Source: Lachnospiraceae bacterium UBA7481 (lineage in GTDB: Bacteria > Bacillota > Clostridia > Lachnospirales > Lachnospiraceae). From it: a stretch of DNA of 38,628 nucleotides. The first letter of the stretch is position 1. Every line of letters starts with the position of its first letter. The notes beneath the pieces were generated by a model, which was not told where the DNA came from, did no database searches, and was given only the letters and a program-made list of their open reading frames with translations. The position numbers and the translations under genes were made by a program. Positions 15,907 to 26,530 of the stretch are shown here, piece after piece. The stretch covers positions 28,919 through 67,546 of the forward strand of contig DLOP01000022.1 in assembly GCA_002478505.1 (NCBI GenBank), written 5' to 3'.

Positions 15907-18003
15907 ATGTCAGCAAAGCAAGGAAGTTTATCTATTAATAGCGAAAACATATTCCCGATCATTAAGAAGTGGCTGTATTCCGACCACGATATCTTTTTCC
16001 GGGAGTTGATCAGTAACGGTTGTGACGCGATTACCAAATTAAGGAAGCTGGATATGATGGGAGAGTATTCCCTGCCTGCGGAGTATAAGCCGAAGGTGGA
16101 AGTGATCGTCAGCCCGGAGAAAAAGACGATCCGGTTTATTGATAACGGTCTTGGCATGACAGCGGACGAAGTTGAGGAATACATCAATCAGATCGCATTT
16201 TCCGGCGCTACGGATTTTATTGAGAAATATAAGGACAAGGCCAATGAAGACCAGATCATCGGTCATTTCGGACTGGGATTTTATTCCGCGTTTATGGTGG
16301 CGGATGAGGTGCAGATCGACACATTATCTTATAAAGAAGGCGCGAAAGCAGTCCATTGGGCATGTGACGGCGGGACGGAATATTCCATGGAAGACGGCAG
16401 CAAGTCGGAGGTTGGTACGGAGATCACACTGTTTGTGAATGAGGACTGCCTGAAATTTGCTAATAAATATGAGGCGGAATCCGTTCTGAAGAAATATTGT
16501 TCTTTCATGCCGTATGAGATCTATCTGAGTCAGGAAGGCGAAGAACTGACGCAGATGATCGACCCGGAGGAAAAACTGGATACGGATATCGTGATCGAAA
16601 CGGTCAAGCAGGAGGCGAAGGAAGGGGAAGAACCGAAGGAGCGTTTAAAGATCAAAAAACGTCCTGAGCCGATCAATGATACCACGCCGCTCTGGGCGAA
16701 GCATCCCAATGATTGTACTAAGGATGAGTATATCGCATTTTACCGGAAGGTATTTAATGATTACAAGGAGCCGTTGTTCTGGATCCACCTGAATATGGAT
16801 TATCCGTTTAATCTGAAGGGTATCTTATATTTCCCGAAGATCAATATGGAATATGAATCCATCGAGGGCGTGATCAAGCTCTACAATAATCAGGTATTTA
16901 TCGCGGATAATATCAAGGAGGTCATTCCGGAGTTCCTGATGCTCTTAAAAGGCGTGATCGACTGCCCGGATCTGCCGCTGAATGTATCCAGAAGTGCGCT
17001 GCAGAATGATGGGTTTGTTAAGAAGATTTCCGAATATATCAGCAAGAAGGTTGCCGATAAGCTGTCGGGCATGTGCAAGACGGAACGGGAAGAATATATT
17101 AAATACTGGGATGATATCAGTCCGTTTATTAAGTTTGGCTGCTTAAAGGATGATAAGTTCTGCGAGAAGATGACAGACTATATCCTCTTTAAGAATCTGG
17201 CGGGCGAGTATCTGACACTGCCGGAGTGTCTGGAGGTTAAGCCGATCGACACAGAAGACGAAGAGAGTGCTGCCGAGGACGGCAGCTCAGAGAGTGGAAA
17301 AGCTGTGGATGCAGACGGCAACGCAGTCGAGGCGGAGATTGTAGATGCCGATGAAGAAGATGCCGAGGAGGATGCCGCAGCAGAGGAAAAGAAGGAGAAG
17401 ACCGTTTATTATGTGACGGATGAGCAGCAGCAGAGCCAGTATATCAATATGTTCAAAAAGGCAAAGAAGGATGCCGTGATGCTGACGCACAGTATTGACC
17501 AGCCGTTTGTGACGCAGCTGGAGAGCAAGAATGAGGGCATTAAGTTTATGCGTATCGACGCTGACCTGACGGATGACCTGAAAGCCAAGACAAGCAAAAA
17601 GGCGCAGGAAGAACTGGACAAGCAGACAGAGGAGCTTGAGAAGATCTTTAAAAAAGCCATCAAGAAGGATAATATCAAAGTTAAAGTGGAAAAGCTCAAG
17701 AACAAGGATATCTCTTCTATGCTTACAGTCTCCGAGGAGAGCCGCAGGATGCAGGATATGATGAAGATGTATTCCATGCCCGGAATGGATATGGGGATGT
17801 TCGGCAAGGAAGGACAGACGCTGATCCTGAATGCGAATAATAAGCTGGTGCAGAAGATTTTAGAGGAAAAGGAAGGCGACAAGGTACAGCTTCTCTGTGA
17901 GCAGCTTTACGATCTGGCGCTTCTGCAGAATGCGCCGCTGGCGCCGGAGGCGATGACGAAGTTTGTGGCGCGGAGCAATAAGATCATGATGATGCTGGCT
18001 TGA
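15907..18003 (+). CDS. htpG: Hsp90 chaperone HtpG
   Basis: RELISNG.DA, DNGLGMT, IGHFGLGFYSAF, DLPLNVSRS motifs. Confidence 0.97.
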   Translation: MSAKQGSLSINSENIFPIIKKWLYSDHDIFFRELISNGCDAITKLRKLDMMGEYSLPAEYKPKVEVIVSPEKKTIRFIDNGLGMTADEVEEYINQIAFSGATDFIEKYKDKANEDQIIGHFGLGFYSAFMVADEVQIDTLSYKEGAKAVHWACDGGTEYSMEDGSKSEVGTEITLFVNEDCLKFANKYEAESVLKKYCSFMPYEIYLSQEGEELTQMIDPEEKLDTDIVIETVKQEAKEGEEPKERLKIKKRPEPINDTTPLWAKHPNDCTKDEYIAFYRKVFNDYKEPLFWIHLNMDYPFNLKGILYFPKINMEYESIEGVIKLYNNQVFIADNIKEVIPEFLMLLKGVIDCPDLPLNVSRSALQNDGFVKKISEYISKKVADKLSGMCKTEREEYIKYWDDISPFIKFGCLKDDKFCEKMTDYILFKNLAGEYLTLPECLEVKPIDTEDEESAAEDGSSESGKAVDADGNAVEAEIVDADEEDAEEDAAAEEKKEKTVYYVTDEQQQSQYINMFKKAKKDAVMLTHSIDQPFVTQLESKNEGIKFMRIDADLTDDLKAKTSKKAQEELDKQTEELEKIFKKAIKKDNIKVKVEKLKNKDISSMLTVSEESRRMQDMMKMYSMPGMDMGMFGKEGQTLILNANNKLVQKILEEKEGDKVQLLCEQLYDLALLQNAPLAPEAMTKFVARSNKIMMMLA

Positions 18004-18035
18004 ATGCAGCAGATAATAAAAGAACTTTGATAAAC

Positions 18036-18065
18036 GGAAGCCGATCTCGAAAGAGGTCGGCTTCC
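18036..18065. terminator. hairpin terminator between convergent genes
   Basis: GGAAGCCGATCTC-GAAA-GAGGTCGGCTTCC. Confidence 0.75.
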
Positions 18066-18108
18066 TTAGATAATATCGTGATTTGTGGTGGAAATGTTCG
18101 TCAATTAT

Positions 18109-19506
18109 TTAATATGCAATATCGCTGATTTTCCACTCCCCGTCGATCCTGACAAAGTAAAAGTGTCCGTCTGTGGGAACGATCTCAGGATCGCGCTGGG
18201 AGGAGAGCTTCATATTCTGTTCAAGATAGACCTCGCAGTAATAAGCGTCTTCATTATAGGCAATAAATTCCCTGATTTCCACATTCTGGATCTCCGGCGT
18301 CTGATGGGAAGCATAATAGAGTCTTGAGGTATTGGCTTTGATCAGTGGCAGCAGGGTACTGTCCGACGGGAAATACGGATCCAGCGCATTGTCCGTCGTA
18401 TCATTTGATACATAATTGGCATACATGGTTACCGCTTCCACCGCATATGCTTTCATGTCTTCGGCATCCGGGCAGTCTGAGGGATAGGGAATGATATAGT
18501 GTCCTGTTGTCTCTTCCGGTAGGACGACATATTCTGTGCCGAAGCTGTTGACGGCAGTAACGGTGGGGGTGATATACAGCCCCTCGCCCTGATAGGTCTT
18601 TATGTCGGGAAGCGTCTGATAGGGCTCCACGAACGTATTTTCCGTGGGAGAGGTGCGGCTGACAAAATAATCCTGATCCAGTTCGATACCGTTGACATAG
18701 ACCTTATAATTTTCCGGAACTTCGATATGAAAATGTTCTAACGGCTGCGTATAAAAGGTGAAAGAGGAGACATACCAGACAGGAAAATCGTAATCAAGAT
18801 GATCGGTTTGTGATTTCCGGAGAGAGACGGTTGCCACGACATACCCGTCGGCAAGGATCTGATATTCCGGAAAATCATCCGTATAAGAAGACGTTTGTTC
18901 ATAGGAAAGCGTCTTTTCTTCCAGAAGTTCTGTCATATAAAGTTTGACGCTTTCTTCCGTTTCAAATTCCGTAATGACGGGAAGAGCTGTCTGCATTTTA
19001 TAGACGGTGTCCATATCCATGTCATAGAAGGACTGCATGACATTGTCCATGGTATGATAAGGCAGGGATGTCTGATATGCGGTCTCATAGGCATCCAGGA
19101 AATCATAAAAATAACCCAGAGCAAAAGCGATCGCGATCGACAGCAGACCAAGCCATATGATCAGAAAGGTTCTGAAGTAATGTGTTTTCTTTTTGACGGC
19201 AGTCTGGCTTTGCCGAACGATTTCAGCGGCCGTTCTTGTATCCGCTATATCGGAGGGATTTTCCGTATAGGGAGATCTGGTCTTGCCGGAAGAATCATTC
19301 GATGGGAGATCCCCGGCGGAATGTTCATCAGGGGTTTCCAGCTTCAGATTGGTCAGTTCCCCGTCATCCGGTTTCCAGCCGCCCTCCGGATAGACAAGCG
19401 CAACGTCGTCCGCCCATCCGTCGTGGATATCTACGGTATAGTTTACCCAGTCGCTGTCTTTAGGATATGTGGAAGAGTTCCCTTTGTTATTCTTTTTCTG
19501 ATTCAT
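18109..19506 (-). CDS. single-pass membrane protein, C-terminal NTF2-like (TcaA-like) domain
   Basis: Disordered N-terminus, one TM, KVYVNG segment, terminal FVRIDGEWKISDI. Confidence 0.7.
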   Translation of the reverse strand: MNQKKNNKGNSSTYPKDSDWVNYTVDIHDGWADDVALVYPEGGWKPDDGELTNLKLETPDEHSAGDLPSNDSSGKTRSPYTENPSDIADTRTAAEIVRQSQTAVKKKTHYFRTFLIIWLGLLSIAIAFALGYFYDFLDAYETAYQTSLPYHTMDNVMQSFYDMDMDTVYKMQTALPVITEFETEESVKLYMTELLEEKTLSYEQTSSYTDDFPEYQILADGYVVATVSLRKSQTDHLDYDFPVWYVSSFTFYTQPLEHFHIEVPENYKVYVNGIELDQDYFVSRTSPTENTFVEPYQTLPDIKTYQGEGLYITPTVTAVNSFGTEYVVLPEETTGHYIIPYPSDCPDAEDMKAYAVEAVTMYANYVSNDTTDNALDPYFPSDSTLLPLIKANTSRLYYASHQTPEIQNVEIREFIAYNEDAYYCEVYLEQNMKLSSQRDPEIVPTDGHFYFVRIDGEWKISDIAY

Positions 19507-19554
19507 AAATACAACTGAGCCTTTCCTGTAAACTATGTTACATATGGATGGAGA

Positions 19555-20652
19555 TTACGGATTCCGTTCCACGACAAAAGCGGTAGGGATCCGTCTGGCA
19601 TAACCGTGCACGCAGTTGCTGATAATCTCCTCGCCGTCGTAAACCATGGAGGAAGACATGCCGCCATCCAGATTATAAGCATTGACTGCGCCATATTCCG
19701 TCATGATTTCAATCAGGTCCGCCATGGAAGCTCCCATGGAGGAAGTCTGTCTGCCTTCAATGACCAGAAAGAGCACTGCACCATCTTCACGCTGGCCAAT
19801 GGCGGTACGGGGATTCAGTCCGCCTCCGGTACCGGAATAGCTCGCAGATCTGCCGTTGATAATGATAGCCGGACCAAAAGATACGGCGTCCCGCATGCCG
19901 ATGGAGAGAGCGTGGGAGGCGGTCATGGTGCCGACCACAAGCACATTATCATTGGTAAAACCACAAAGTCCGTATGCTGTATCGGGTTCTCCGATCAACA
20001 GTTTTCCCTCGGAGATGACGATGCCTTCCGGAAGGCTGCCGCTGCCCAGACCGGACTGATCTTCATATTTTCCGCCGTTGATGCCCGCAATGCAGTCATA
20101 TTTGTCTACCATGTCCAAAAGGGTGATGCCACGGCCTTCTATGGAAAAATGGTCGATGACGGCGAGCTTTACCCGTGAAGGGTCCTGTATGATCATTATT
20201 TTGCCATAATACATACGTCCGTGGACTTCATAGACTTCGATTCCGTCTTCGCAGATTTCGGCGTCAGAGGGGACGCTTACTTCGGCAATATTGGAAGAAG
20301 CGCTTGCAGCCTCCTGCTGCGCGACAATATTGATCAATGTCGTGTCTGTTACTTCATTAAAAGCAACAGTATTATTTTTGGCTTGTATGGCAGCAATTTC
20401 CTCGTCGGATAAATAGAGCTTTGCCATGATGCCTCCGGCGCTGGATTCCATGACGGAAGCCACAAACAGGTCACGTACATAAGGAGACGGGCCTTTATTT
20501 ATATATAGAAGAAAAACATACAGACCGGCAAGCAGTACAAGCAATGTGGAAAAAAGCCACAGGAAAAAACGTCCGGTGATCATCAGCAACATATGCAGAA
20601 CGGGTCTCTCTTTTTTTTCCAATTTATGGGATTTTTTCATGTTTGTACTCAT
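19555..20652 (-). CDS. phosphodiester glycosidase (NAGPA/EpsL-like) family protein
   Basis: AGINGG, NPRTAIGQ, NAYNLDGG.SS motifs; N-terminal TM. Confidence 0.9.
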   Translation of the reverse strand: MSTNMKKSHKLEKKERPVLHMLLMITGRFFLWLFSTLLVLLAGLYVFLLYINKGPSPYVRDLFVASVMESSAGGIMAKLYLSDEEIAAIQAKNNTVAFNEVTDTTLINIVAQQEAASASSNIAEVSVPSDAEICEDGIEVYEVHGRMYYGKIMIIQDPSRVKLAVIDHFSIEGRGITLLDMVDKYDCIAGINGGKYEDQSGLGSGSLPEGIVISEGKLLIGEPDTAYGLCGFTNDNVLVVGTMTASHALSIGMRDAVSFGPAIIINGRSASYSGTGGGLNPRTAIGQREDGAVLFLVIEGRQTSSMGASMADLIEIMTEYGAVNAYNLDGGMSSSMVYDGEEIISNCVHGYARRIPTAFVVERNP

Positions 20653-21017
20653 GTTGCGAGTCTCCTTTAAAGCAGCTAATATACCAATTAATGGATCAAC
20701 GTCTGTGCTACAACTGCTTTTTGGGGTACTGCTTTGTCAGCCACAAAAAATAAAAAGTCCCCAAAAGGGCTGACTATTTATATTATATATAAGCGTAAAC
20801 ATATGTATTTATATCACATTTAAATAATTTTTGCAACGACAAATATTGACAATAAAATAATAAACCCTGATATCTAAGGAAAATCACCACATTATGTATT
20901 CTTAATGTATCTTTTTTGAAAAAAGATTGACGTGCTATGAAAAAAAGCATATAGTGTTTATTTGAAGAAGTTTTTATTTTAAGTATGGAAACATACATAT
21001 TGAGGAGGAAAAGCAAA

Positions 21018-21605
21018 ATGAAAAAGAGCTTAGTAGTATCAGTAGCAGTAGGACTAAGCATGCTGCTGCTGGCAGGATGCGGAGAGAAACAGGGGTTTGA
21101 GGACGCTGAACATTATACTTTGAACAAATGTGATGCCTCAAGTGAAAAACTTGTTGAAGTAAGTGTAGGCAGTCCATGGAGTTATGACGATAAAAATTCC
21201 CACGATGAGAAAGATATGTACCTGGATCATGAGGACGGCGGTTATATTTATATCAGTAACGAGGCGTTTGAACCGTTATATACTCATGCGGCTGCGTATG
21301 TTAGCGGAAAAAGTGTAGACTCCTCCACTAAGGAATATTTTGAGGAGAATGGTTATCTGGATTATAAATGTAACTTTGAGGTGATCGGCTCTGCGTTTGA
21401 CAGAAGCGATCTGATCCTTGCGAAAGAATCTTATACTTATGATAACGGCAGTACAAAGTCAGATGAGAAATGTACCTATCTTCTGCTCAAGTATAGTGAT
21501 GACGGGCTCATTGAATTTTTGACAGTCGCTTTTTATGGTGTGGATATCGACGACTGGGAGGATGAGGATTTTGAGGAACTGGCAAGAAACCTGTTTGGCA
21601 GATAA
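21018..21605 (+). CDS. lipoprotein 1 (C-terminal module only)
   Basis: Lipobox LAGC; mature part is highly similar to the C-terminal domain of 21705-23273; GAGGAGG RBS. Confidence 0.8.
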   Translation: MKKSLVVSVAVGLSMLLLAGCGEKQGFEDAEHYTLNKCDASSEKLVEVSVGSPWSYDDKNSHDEKDMYLDHEDGGYIYISNEAFEPLYTHAAAYVSGKSVDSSTKEYFEENGYLDYKCNFEVIGSAFDRSDLILAKESYTYDNGSTKSDEKCTYLLLKYSDDGLIEFLTVAFYGVDIDDWEDEDFEELARNLFGR

Positions 21606-21704
21606 TAGCTGGTGATTTTTGTTTCATTCTGGTTATTTAAGTGTAGAAGATGTGCATATTTGATGCGTAATCTATTTAATATTATATTTTTTGGAGGAAA
21701 AAAG

Positions 21705-23273
21705 ATGAAAAAGAAGTTGATGACGCTTGCGGTTGCATTAGGTCTTTCGCTGGCAGTGCTGACAGGCTGCGGCAAATCCAAACCCACTGTGGAATCTCTG
21801 GTCGATGGAATGTTTGAGGATGAGATTGAGTCGCTGACAATGGAAACGGAGGCGAATATTAAGCTTTCAGCGACTATAAAGGGGGACAGTGCTGATATCT
21901 CTACGGGTTTAGACGGTGAGATGAAGATTTCCGGTATAGACGGAAAAGGCGATCTGATATACTATTCTGATGGCAAGATGACCGCAGCCGTGGAGGCCAT
22001 GGGGAAAGAGAGTGTGGAGTTTGAGGGATACGTAGTAATGAATGACGAACTGTCGACGTCTTATCTGCATATTGATAATTCGGATGCATGGAATAAGATG
22101 GAAACGGATATTGATAAATCCGACTATTTATCTAACATTGATAAGTTCAAAGAGGCGTGGATGGATGTTTTGAAGGAGAATGGCGAACTTGCTAAAGATA
22201 CTGAGAAAGTAGAAGGCGAGGAGTGCTATGTGATTACTGCTACAGTCAAAGGTGATGATTTATCAGAGGTTTTAAAACTGTCTCAGACCAACTTCAAAGA
22301 TCAGATGGAAAAGTACGGAGACATCTACGAAGAAATTGTTAAAATGTGTGAAGAGGAAGGTATAAAATTAGATATTGATTGGAACGCCTTCGCCGAGTAT
22401 ATATCCGTGGATATTACTTGTTACATTTCCAAAGATACCGGCTATCCGGTAAAAATTGAAGTGGACGCATCTGACACAGATCTTTATGGATTGGTAGAGC
22501 AGATAGTAAAGGATACCGGTCTGGACAAATATGACATCATGGATGAGATCGAGGAACTCTCTTTTTCAAAGTTATATTTTTCCGCGGTGATTTCTAATAT
22601 TAATGATACAGAGGTAGAGGTTCCGGATGATGTGATAGACAATGCGATAGATCTAACAAATGAATTCAACAATCTCATGGGCGGTATCGCGGGCGATCCG
22701 GTTGAGCCTGACCCGATCGAAACAGATCCGGTTGAGCCTGACCCAGTCGAAACAGATCCGGATGAAAATGGGGAAGAATATCATACCTTAAACAAATGTG
22801 ATGAATCGAGTGAAAAACTTGTCGATGTCTACGTAAGCGGTTCATGGAGTTATGACAATGAATATTCTAAAGATGGGGTATATATGTACTTGGACCATAA
22901 GGACGGCGGTTATATTTATATCAGCAATGAGGCGCCTGACCCATTATATTCTTATGCTGTGGCTTATGTTATGGGAACAAGTGTAGGCTCCTCCGATATA
23001 GAATATTTTGAGGAGAATGGTTATCTGGATTATAAATGCGATTTTGAAGTGATCGGCTCCGCGTTTGGCAGAAGTGATCTGATTCTTGCGAATGAATCCT
23101 ATACTTATGATAACGGCAGTACGAAGTCGGATGAGGAATGTACCTATCTGCTGATCAGGTATAGCGATGGCGGTCTTATTGAGTTTTTGATGGTTGATTT
23201 TTATAATAAGACTACCGCCGGCTGGACGGATGCGGATTTTGAGGATTTGGCAAGGGAACTGTTTGGCAGATAA
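21705..23273 (+). CDS. lipoprotein 2 (DUF6612-like N-domain, Pro/Asp/Glu linker, C-module)
   Basis: Lipobox LTGC; EKVEGEECYVITATV and YISKDTGY..K..D pattern; 30-bp repeats at 22695-22761. Confidence 0.8.
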   Translation: MKKKLMTLAVALGLSLAVLTGCGKSKPTVESLVDGMFEDEIESLTMETEANIKLSATIKGDSADISTGLDGEMKISGIDGKGDLIYYSDGKMTAAVEAMGKESVEFEGYVVMNDELSTSYLHIDNSDAWNKMETDIDKSDYLSNIDKFKEAWMDVLKENGELAKDTEKVEGEECYVITATVKGDDLSEVLKLSQTNFKDQMEKYGDIYEEIVKMCEEEGIKLDIDWNAFAEYISVDITCYISKDTGYPVKIEVDASDTDLYGLVEQIVKDTGLDKYDIMDEIEELSFSKLYFSAVISNINDTEVEVPDDVIDNAIDLTNEFNNLMGGIAGDPVEPDPIETDPVEPDPVETDPDENGEEYHTLNKCDESSEKLVDVYVSGSWSYDNEYSKDGVYMYLDHKDGGYIYISNEAPDPLYSYAVAYVMGTSVGSSDIEYFEENGYLDYKCDFEVIGSAFGRSDLILANESYTYDNGSTKSDEECTYLLIRYSDGGLIEFLMVDFYNKTTAGWTDADFEDLARELFGR

Positions 23274-23365
23274 TAGCTGGTGGTTTCTGTTAAGTTTTGT
23301 ATATTAAAGATAGAAGATATGCGTATTTGATACTATAATTATTAAAATTTTCAGGAGGAGAAAAG

Positions 23366-24985
23366 ATGATAAAGAAGCTGATGCCGCTTGCGTTAGCAGT
23401 TGGGTTTTCATTGGCAGTTCTGACAGGCTGCAGCAAAAAACCTACAGTGGAGTCTCTTGTTGACGGCATGTTTGACAGCGAGATTGAATCGCAGAAAGCG
23501 GATATAGAGGCAGATATTAAACTTTCACCAACTGCACAGGGAGTTAGTTTTGATATTACCATTGGCGGAGATTTTGAGATGCAGGTTTCCGGCATGAATG
23601 GTAAAGACGATCTGACGACCTATATTGATGGCAAAGTAAGCATGAAAGCGCCGGCGTTCAGCGTTGACGAGAAACTGGGATTTGAAACATATTCGATCGT
23701 AGATGACGAAACGCTTACGTGCTATGCATGTGCTGATGATGGCGTATGGTATACGGAGGAATTGGATGATGTGTGGGATCAGGATGCCTATGACAAGATG
23801 ATCGAGGAGATGAAGGATGTCTTGAAAGAGAATGGCGAGCTTGCTGAAGACACTGAGAAAGTAGAAGGCGAGGAGTGCTATGTGATCACAGCTACGGTCA
23901 AAGGTCGTGACTGCGTTGCTATCTTTAAACCGATGAAGGGCATGATTGATGATGTGATTGATGAGGTGATTGATGATGCAATTCATGCTGCAATGAAAAA
24001 AGCAGGCATGAACGTTGGTATTGACATTGACGTTAATATTGATATGGTTTCTTGGTCTGAGTATTGGGCGGCAGATATCACTTGTTACATTTCCAAAGAT
24101 ACCGGCTATCTGGTAAAAACTGAGATTGACATGTCTGATACGGATATTTACGGCATGGCAGAACAGATGCTGAAGGATCTTGTCAGCGCGGCAGAACAGA
24201 TGCTGAAGGATCTTGGTCAAGAGGAAGGGCTCGACTTCGTCCAGGATGCGATTGACGATGCCCTGAATAGAATCGAAGATATCTCTGTATCAAAGTTTGA
24301 TATTTCTGTAGTGATCTATGATGTCGATGATACGGAAGTAGAGGTTCCGGATGATGTGATAGATGATGCGGTAGAGATATTTGATGCAGATGCTCTCGGC
24401 GATTTCATGGGCAGTATTGATGATGACGTGATCGAAGAACCGCCGGTTGAACCAGATAGAGATATAATCGGGACAGATCCGGATGATGGGGATAATATTG
24501 ACAGCTTTACATTTAATAAGGACTATGAAGATGATGAGTTCCTTTGTGAAGTAAAGGTTCCAAATGGTTGGACTGTAGATGTTGATTTTTTTGATTCTGA
24601 ATACGGTCTTGTATGTTTAGACACGGATAATAGCAATGGGTATATCTGGGTACAAAATTATTTGTCAGGGGCTATGTATTACTCGCTTCTGAATGGCGGC
24701 GAGCTTCCGGTTGATGAATATGACTGGCTGGATAGTTACAATTATAACTACAATATGGAGATCACGGTGATCGGTACCGCATTTGGCGGAAGCGACGTTA
24801 TGTTAGTTAAGCAGTCCTACGATAGTGAGGATGGATGGACTTCTAAAGAGACCTATGTCTGCATTGAGTATGATGATGGCGGTAACAGGCAATTCCTTTC
24901 AATTGACTGCGATAATATTTATGATCTGGATGATTGGACAGAAGATGATTTTCTGGATCTTGCCGTATCTTTGTTTGGCAGATAA
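23366..24985 (+). CDS. lipoprotein 3 (DUF6612-like N-domain, divergent C-module)
   Basis: Lipobox LTGC; paralogue of lipoprotein 2; 33-bp internal duplication at 24157/24190; ends LFGR. Confidence 0.8.
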   Translation: MIKKLMPLALAVGFSLAVLTGCSKKPTVESLVDGMFDSEIESQKADIEADIKLSPTAQGVSFDITIGGDFEMQVSGMNGKDDLTTYIDGKVSMKAPAFSVDEKLGFETYSIVDDETLTCYACADDGVWYTEELDDVWDQDAYDKMIEEMKDVLKENGELAEDTEKVEGEECYVITATVKGRDCVAIFKPMKGMIDDVIDEVIDDAIHAAMKKAGMNVGIDIDVNIDMVSWSEYWAADITCYISKDTGYLVKTEIDMSDTDIYGMAEQMLKDLVSAAEQMLKDLGQEEGLDFVQDAIDDALNRIEDISVSKFDISVVIYDVDDTEVEVPDDVIDDAVEIFDADALGDFMGSIDDDVIEEPPVEPDRDIIGTDPDDGDNIDSFTFNKDYEDDEFLCEVKVPNGWTVDVDFFDSEYGLVCLDTDNSNGYIWVQNYLSGAMYYSLLNGGELPVDEYDWLDSYNYNYNMEITVIGTAFGGSDVMLVKQSYDSEDGWTSKETYVCIEYDDGGNRQFLSIDCDNIYDLDDWTEDDFLDLAVSLFGR

Positions 24986-25009
24986 ATGATTTCAGAATAG
25001 GATCATGAT

Positions 25010-25038
25010 AAAAGAGCCGGAAATTCCCGGCTCTTTTT
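25010..25038. terminator. bidirectional terminator
   Basis: AAAAGAGCCGG...CCGGCTCTTTTT between convergent genes. Confidence 0.85.
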
Positions 25039-25087
25039 GTGTATTGAATAATGCGCTGTCCTGCGTATGGATCTGCTGACAGACGTG

Positions 25088-26350
25088 CTATGATGGTTCG
25101 GAAATTCGTGAGACTCCCACAAAGATCTGTGAGATCTTATACCATGTAGGAAAATCTACGACGCCGGTCTGGGGCAGCCCGAATACTTTCTGGAAAACTT
25201 TGACCGCTTCTTCTGTTTTGGGTCCATAGACGCCGTCCACGCTGACCTTGGGGATCAATGGATAGTTCTGCGAGATACGGTTCAACTGCTCCTGCATCTG
25301 TCGTACCTTGTCGCTGCGGGAACCGCGCGAAAGATTGCTTCCCGGCCATGAAGAAGGAACCCCGCTGACATAATCGGTAGAGTTGATATATACGTTGTTG
25401 CCGTAGTAATACCGCAGGATTTCGATTGCCGTATAACCCTCATCCCCAAGATATTTGGACCCCCACTGGGAAAGTCCGGAACAGGTGACGGTAGTACCGT
25501 TGCAGTATGAGGTAAATAAAGGCTGGCGGATACCGGGCCTGGAGACAAAGTTATTAAAGATGTTGTCAACGATCTGGCTGATATTCTCATAAATATTGCG
25601 GCCATACATAAATTTCTGGTCATAGGCAGTAGAGGACGTGATGGTAAAATTATATCCCTGATTGCGGTACCATTCCGTGTATACCCTGTTTAATGTAAAA
25701 CTCATGATCGCCAGCACATTGGCATAGATCGTATTTTCGGACCAAGTGGCATAGATCTCGCTGGAAGCCACATTTTTGATATAGTCGGTATATCTGATAT
25801 AATAATTTGGGGCGGAAGAGTTGGAGGGTACGCCGTCGTGCACTACTACATATTCCGGGAGGACGACCCTGCTGAGTACGATTTCTCCGCTTTCATCCAT
25901 GGGTTTTACTTCATCTTCCGGGATCTTTGGAGGGTAATCTCCGTAAAGCGTATGATCCGGGATGTTGATATTTTCCTGTTCATTGGATGTTTCAAACGGG
26001 TTCATCGTTACCGGCTGGACGGCTGTGACATCCGGCAGGATCTGCGCTCCCTCGATGAAGACCGGCTCATAGTTTGGCGCCGAGATCTCAAAATTATAGT
26101 CCGTATATGGTCTGGGTTCTTCCGGCTGTTCGCTGTACTCAAGTGGAGGAGCCGGAAGCTCGATCCGCTCGGTTTCTCCCAGATCATTTGTTTTTATCTG
26201 CTCGATCTGCCGTGTGGGATCTGAAGAAGAATAAATATTGATCGTCGCATTTTCGATTGGAATCAGTGCCTGAGTGGAGGTGATGTTAAAGACCAATCCT
26301 CCTTTAGAGGTATTGTCATTTGGATTGCTGCTGATGGTTCCACTGTCCAT
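25088..26350 (-). CDS. sleC: spore cortex-lytic enzyme SleC
   Basis: VVVHDG.P, YIKNVASSEIYATW, FTLNRVYTEWY, LSQWGS, C-terminal PG-binding domain. ORF is open from 26362. Confidence 0.93.
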   Translation of the reverse strand: MDSGTISSNPNDNTSKGGLVFNITSTQALIPIENATINIYSSSDPTRQIEQIKTNDLGETERIELPAPPLEYSEQPEEPRPYTDYNFEISAPNYEPVFIEGAQILPDVTAVQPVTMNPFETSNEQENINIPDHTLYGDYPPKIPEDEVKPMDESGEIVLSRVVLPEYVVVHDGVPSNSSAPNYYIRYTDYIKNVASSEIYATWSENTIYANVLAIMSFTLNRVYTEWYRNQGYNFTITSSTAYDQKFMYGRNIYENISQIVDNIFNNFVSRPGIRQPLFTSYCNGTTVTCSGLSQWGSKYLGDEGYTAIEILRYYYGNNVYINSTDYVSGVPSSWPGSNLSRGSRSDKVRQMQEQLNRISQNYPLIPKVSVDGVYGPKTEEAVKVFQKVFGLPQTGVVDFPTWYKISQIFVGVSRISEPS

Positions 26351-26380
26351 ATTTTGCCTCAATGAAATAATTCGTTATTT

Positions 26381-26409
26381 TATCATATGGTCTTTCAGGG
26401 AAAAATGTG
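26381..26409 (-). promoter_or_regulatory. SigK-type promoter of sleC
   Basis: Minus strand CACA-N16-CATATGATA matches mACm-N16-CATAnnnTA. Confidence 0.65.
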
Positions 26410-26530
26410 AATTGGATTAAAATGCAATTTTTTAGCATGTTTTTATGGGTTTTTTATGATATTAGTCTTGATTTTTCCAAAAAAAGGTGCTAAATTTAAA
26501 ATATAAAAATCTATCAAAGGAGTGATGATT

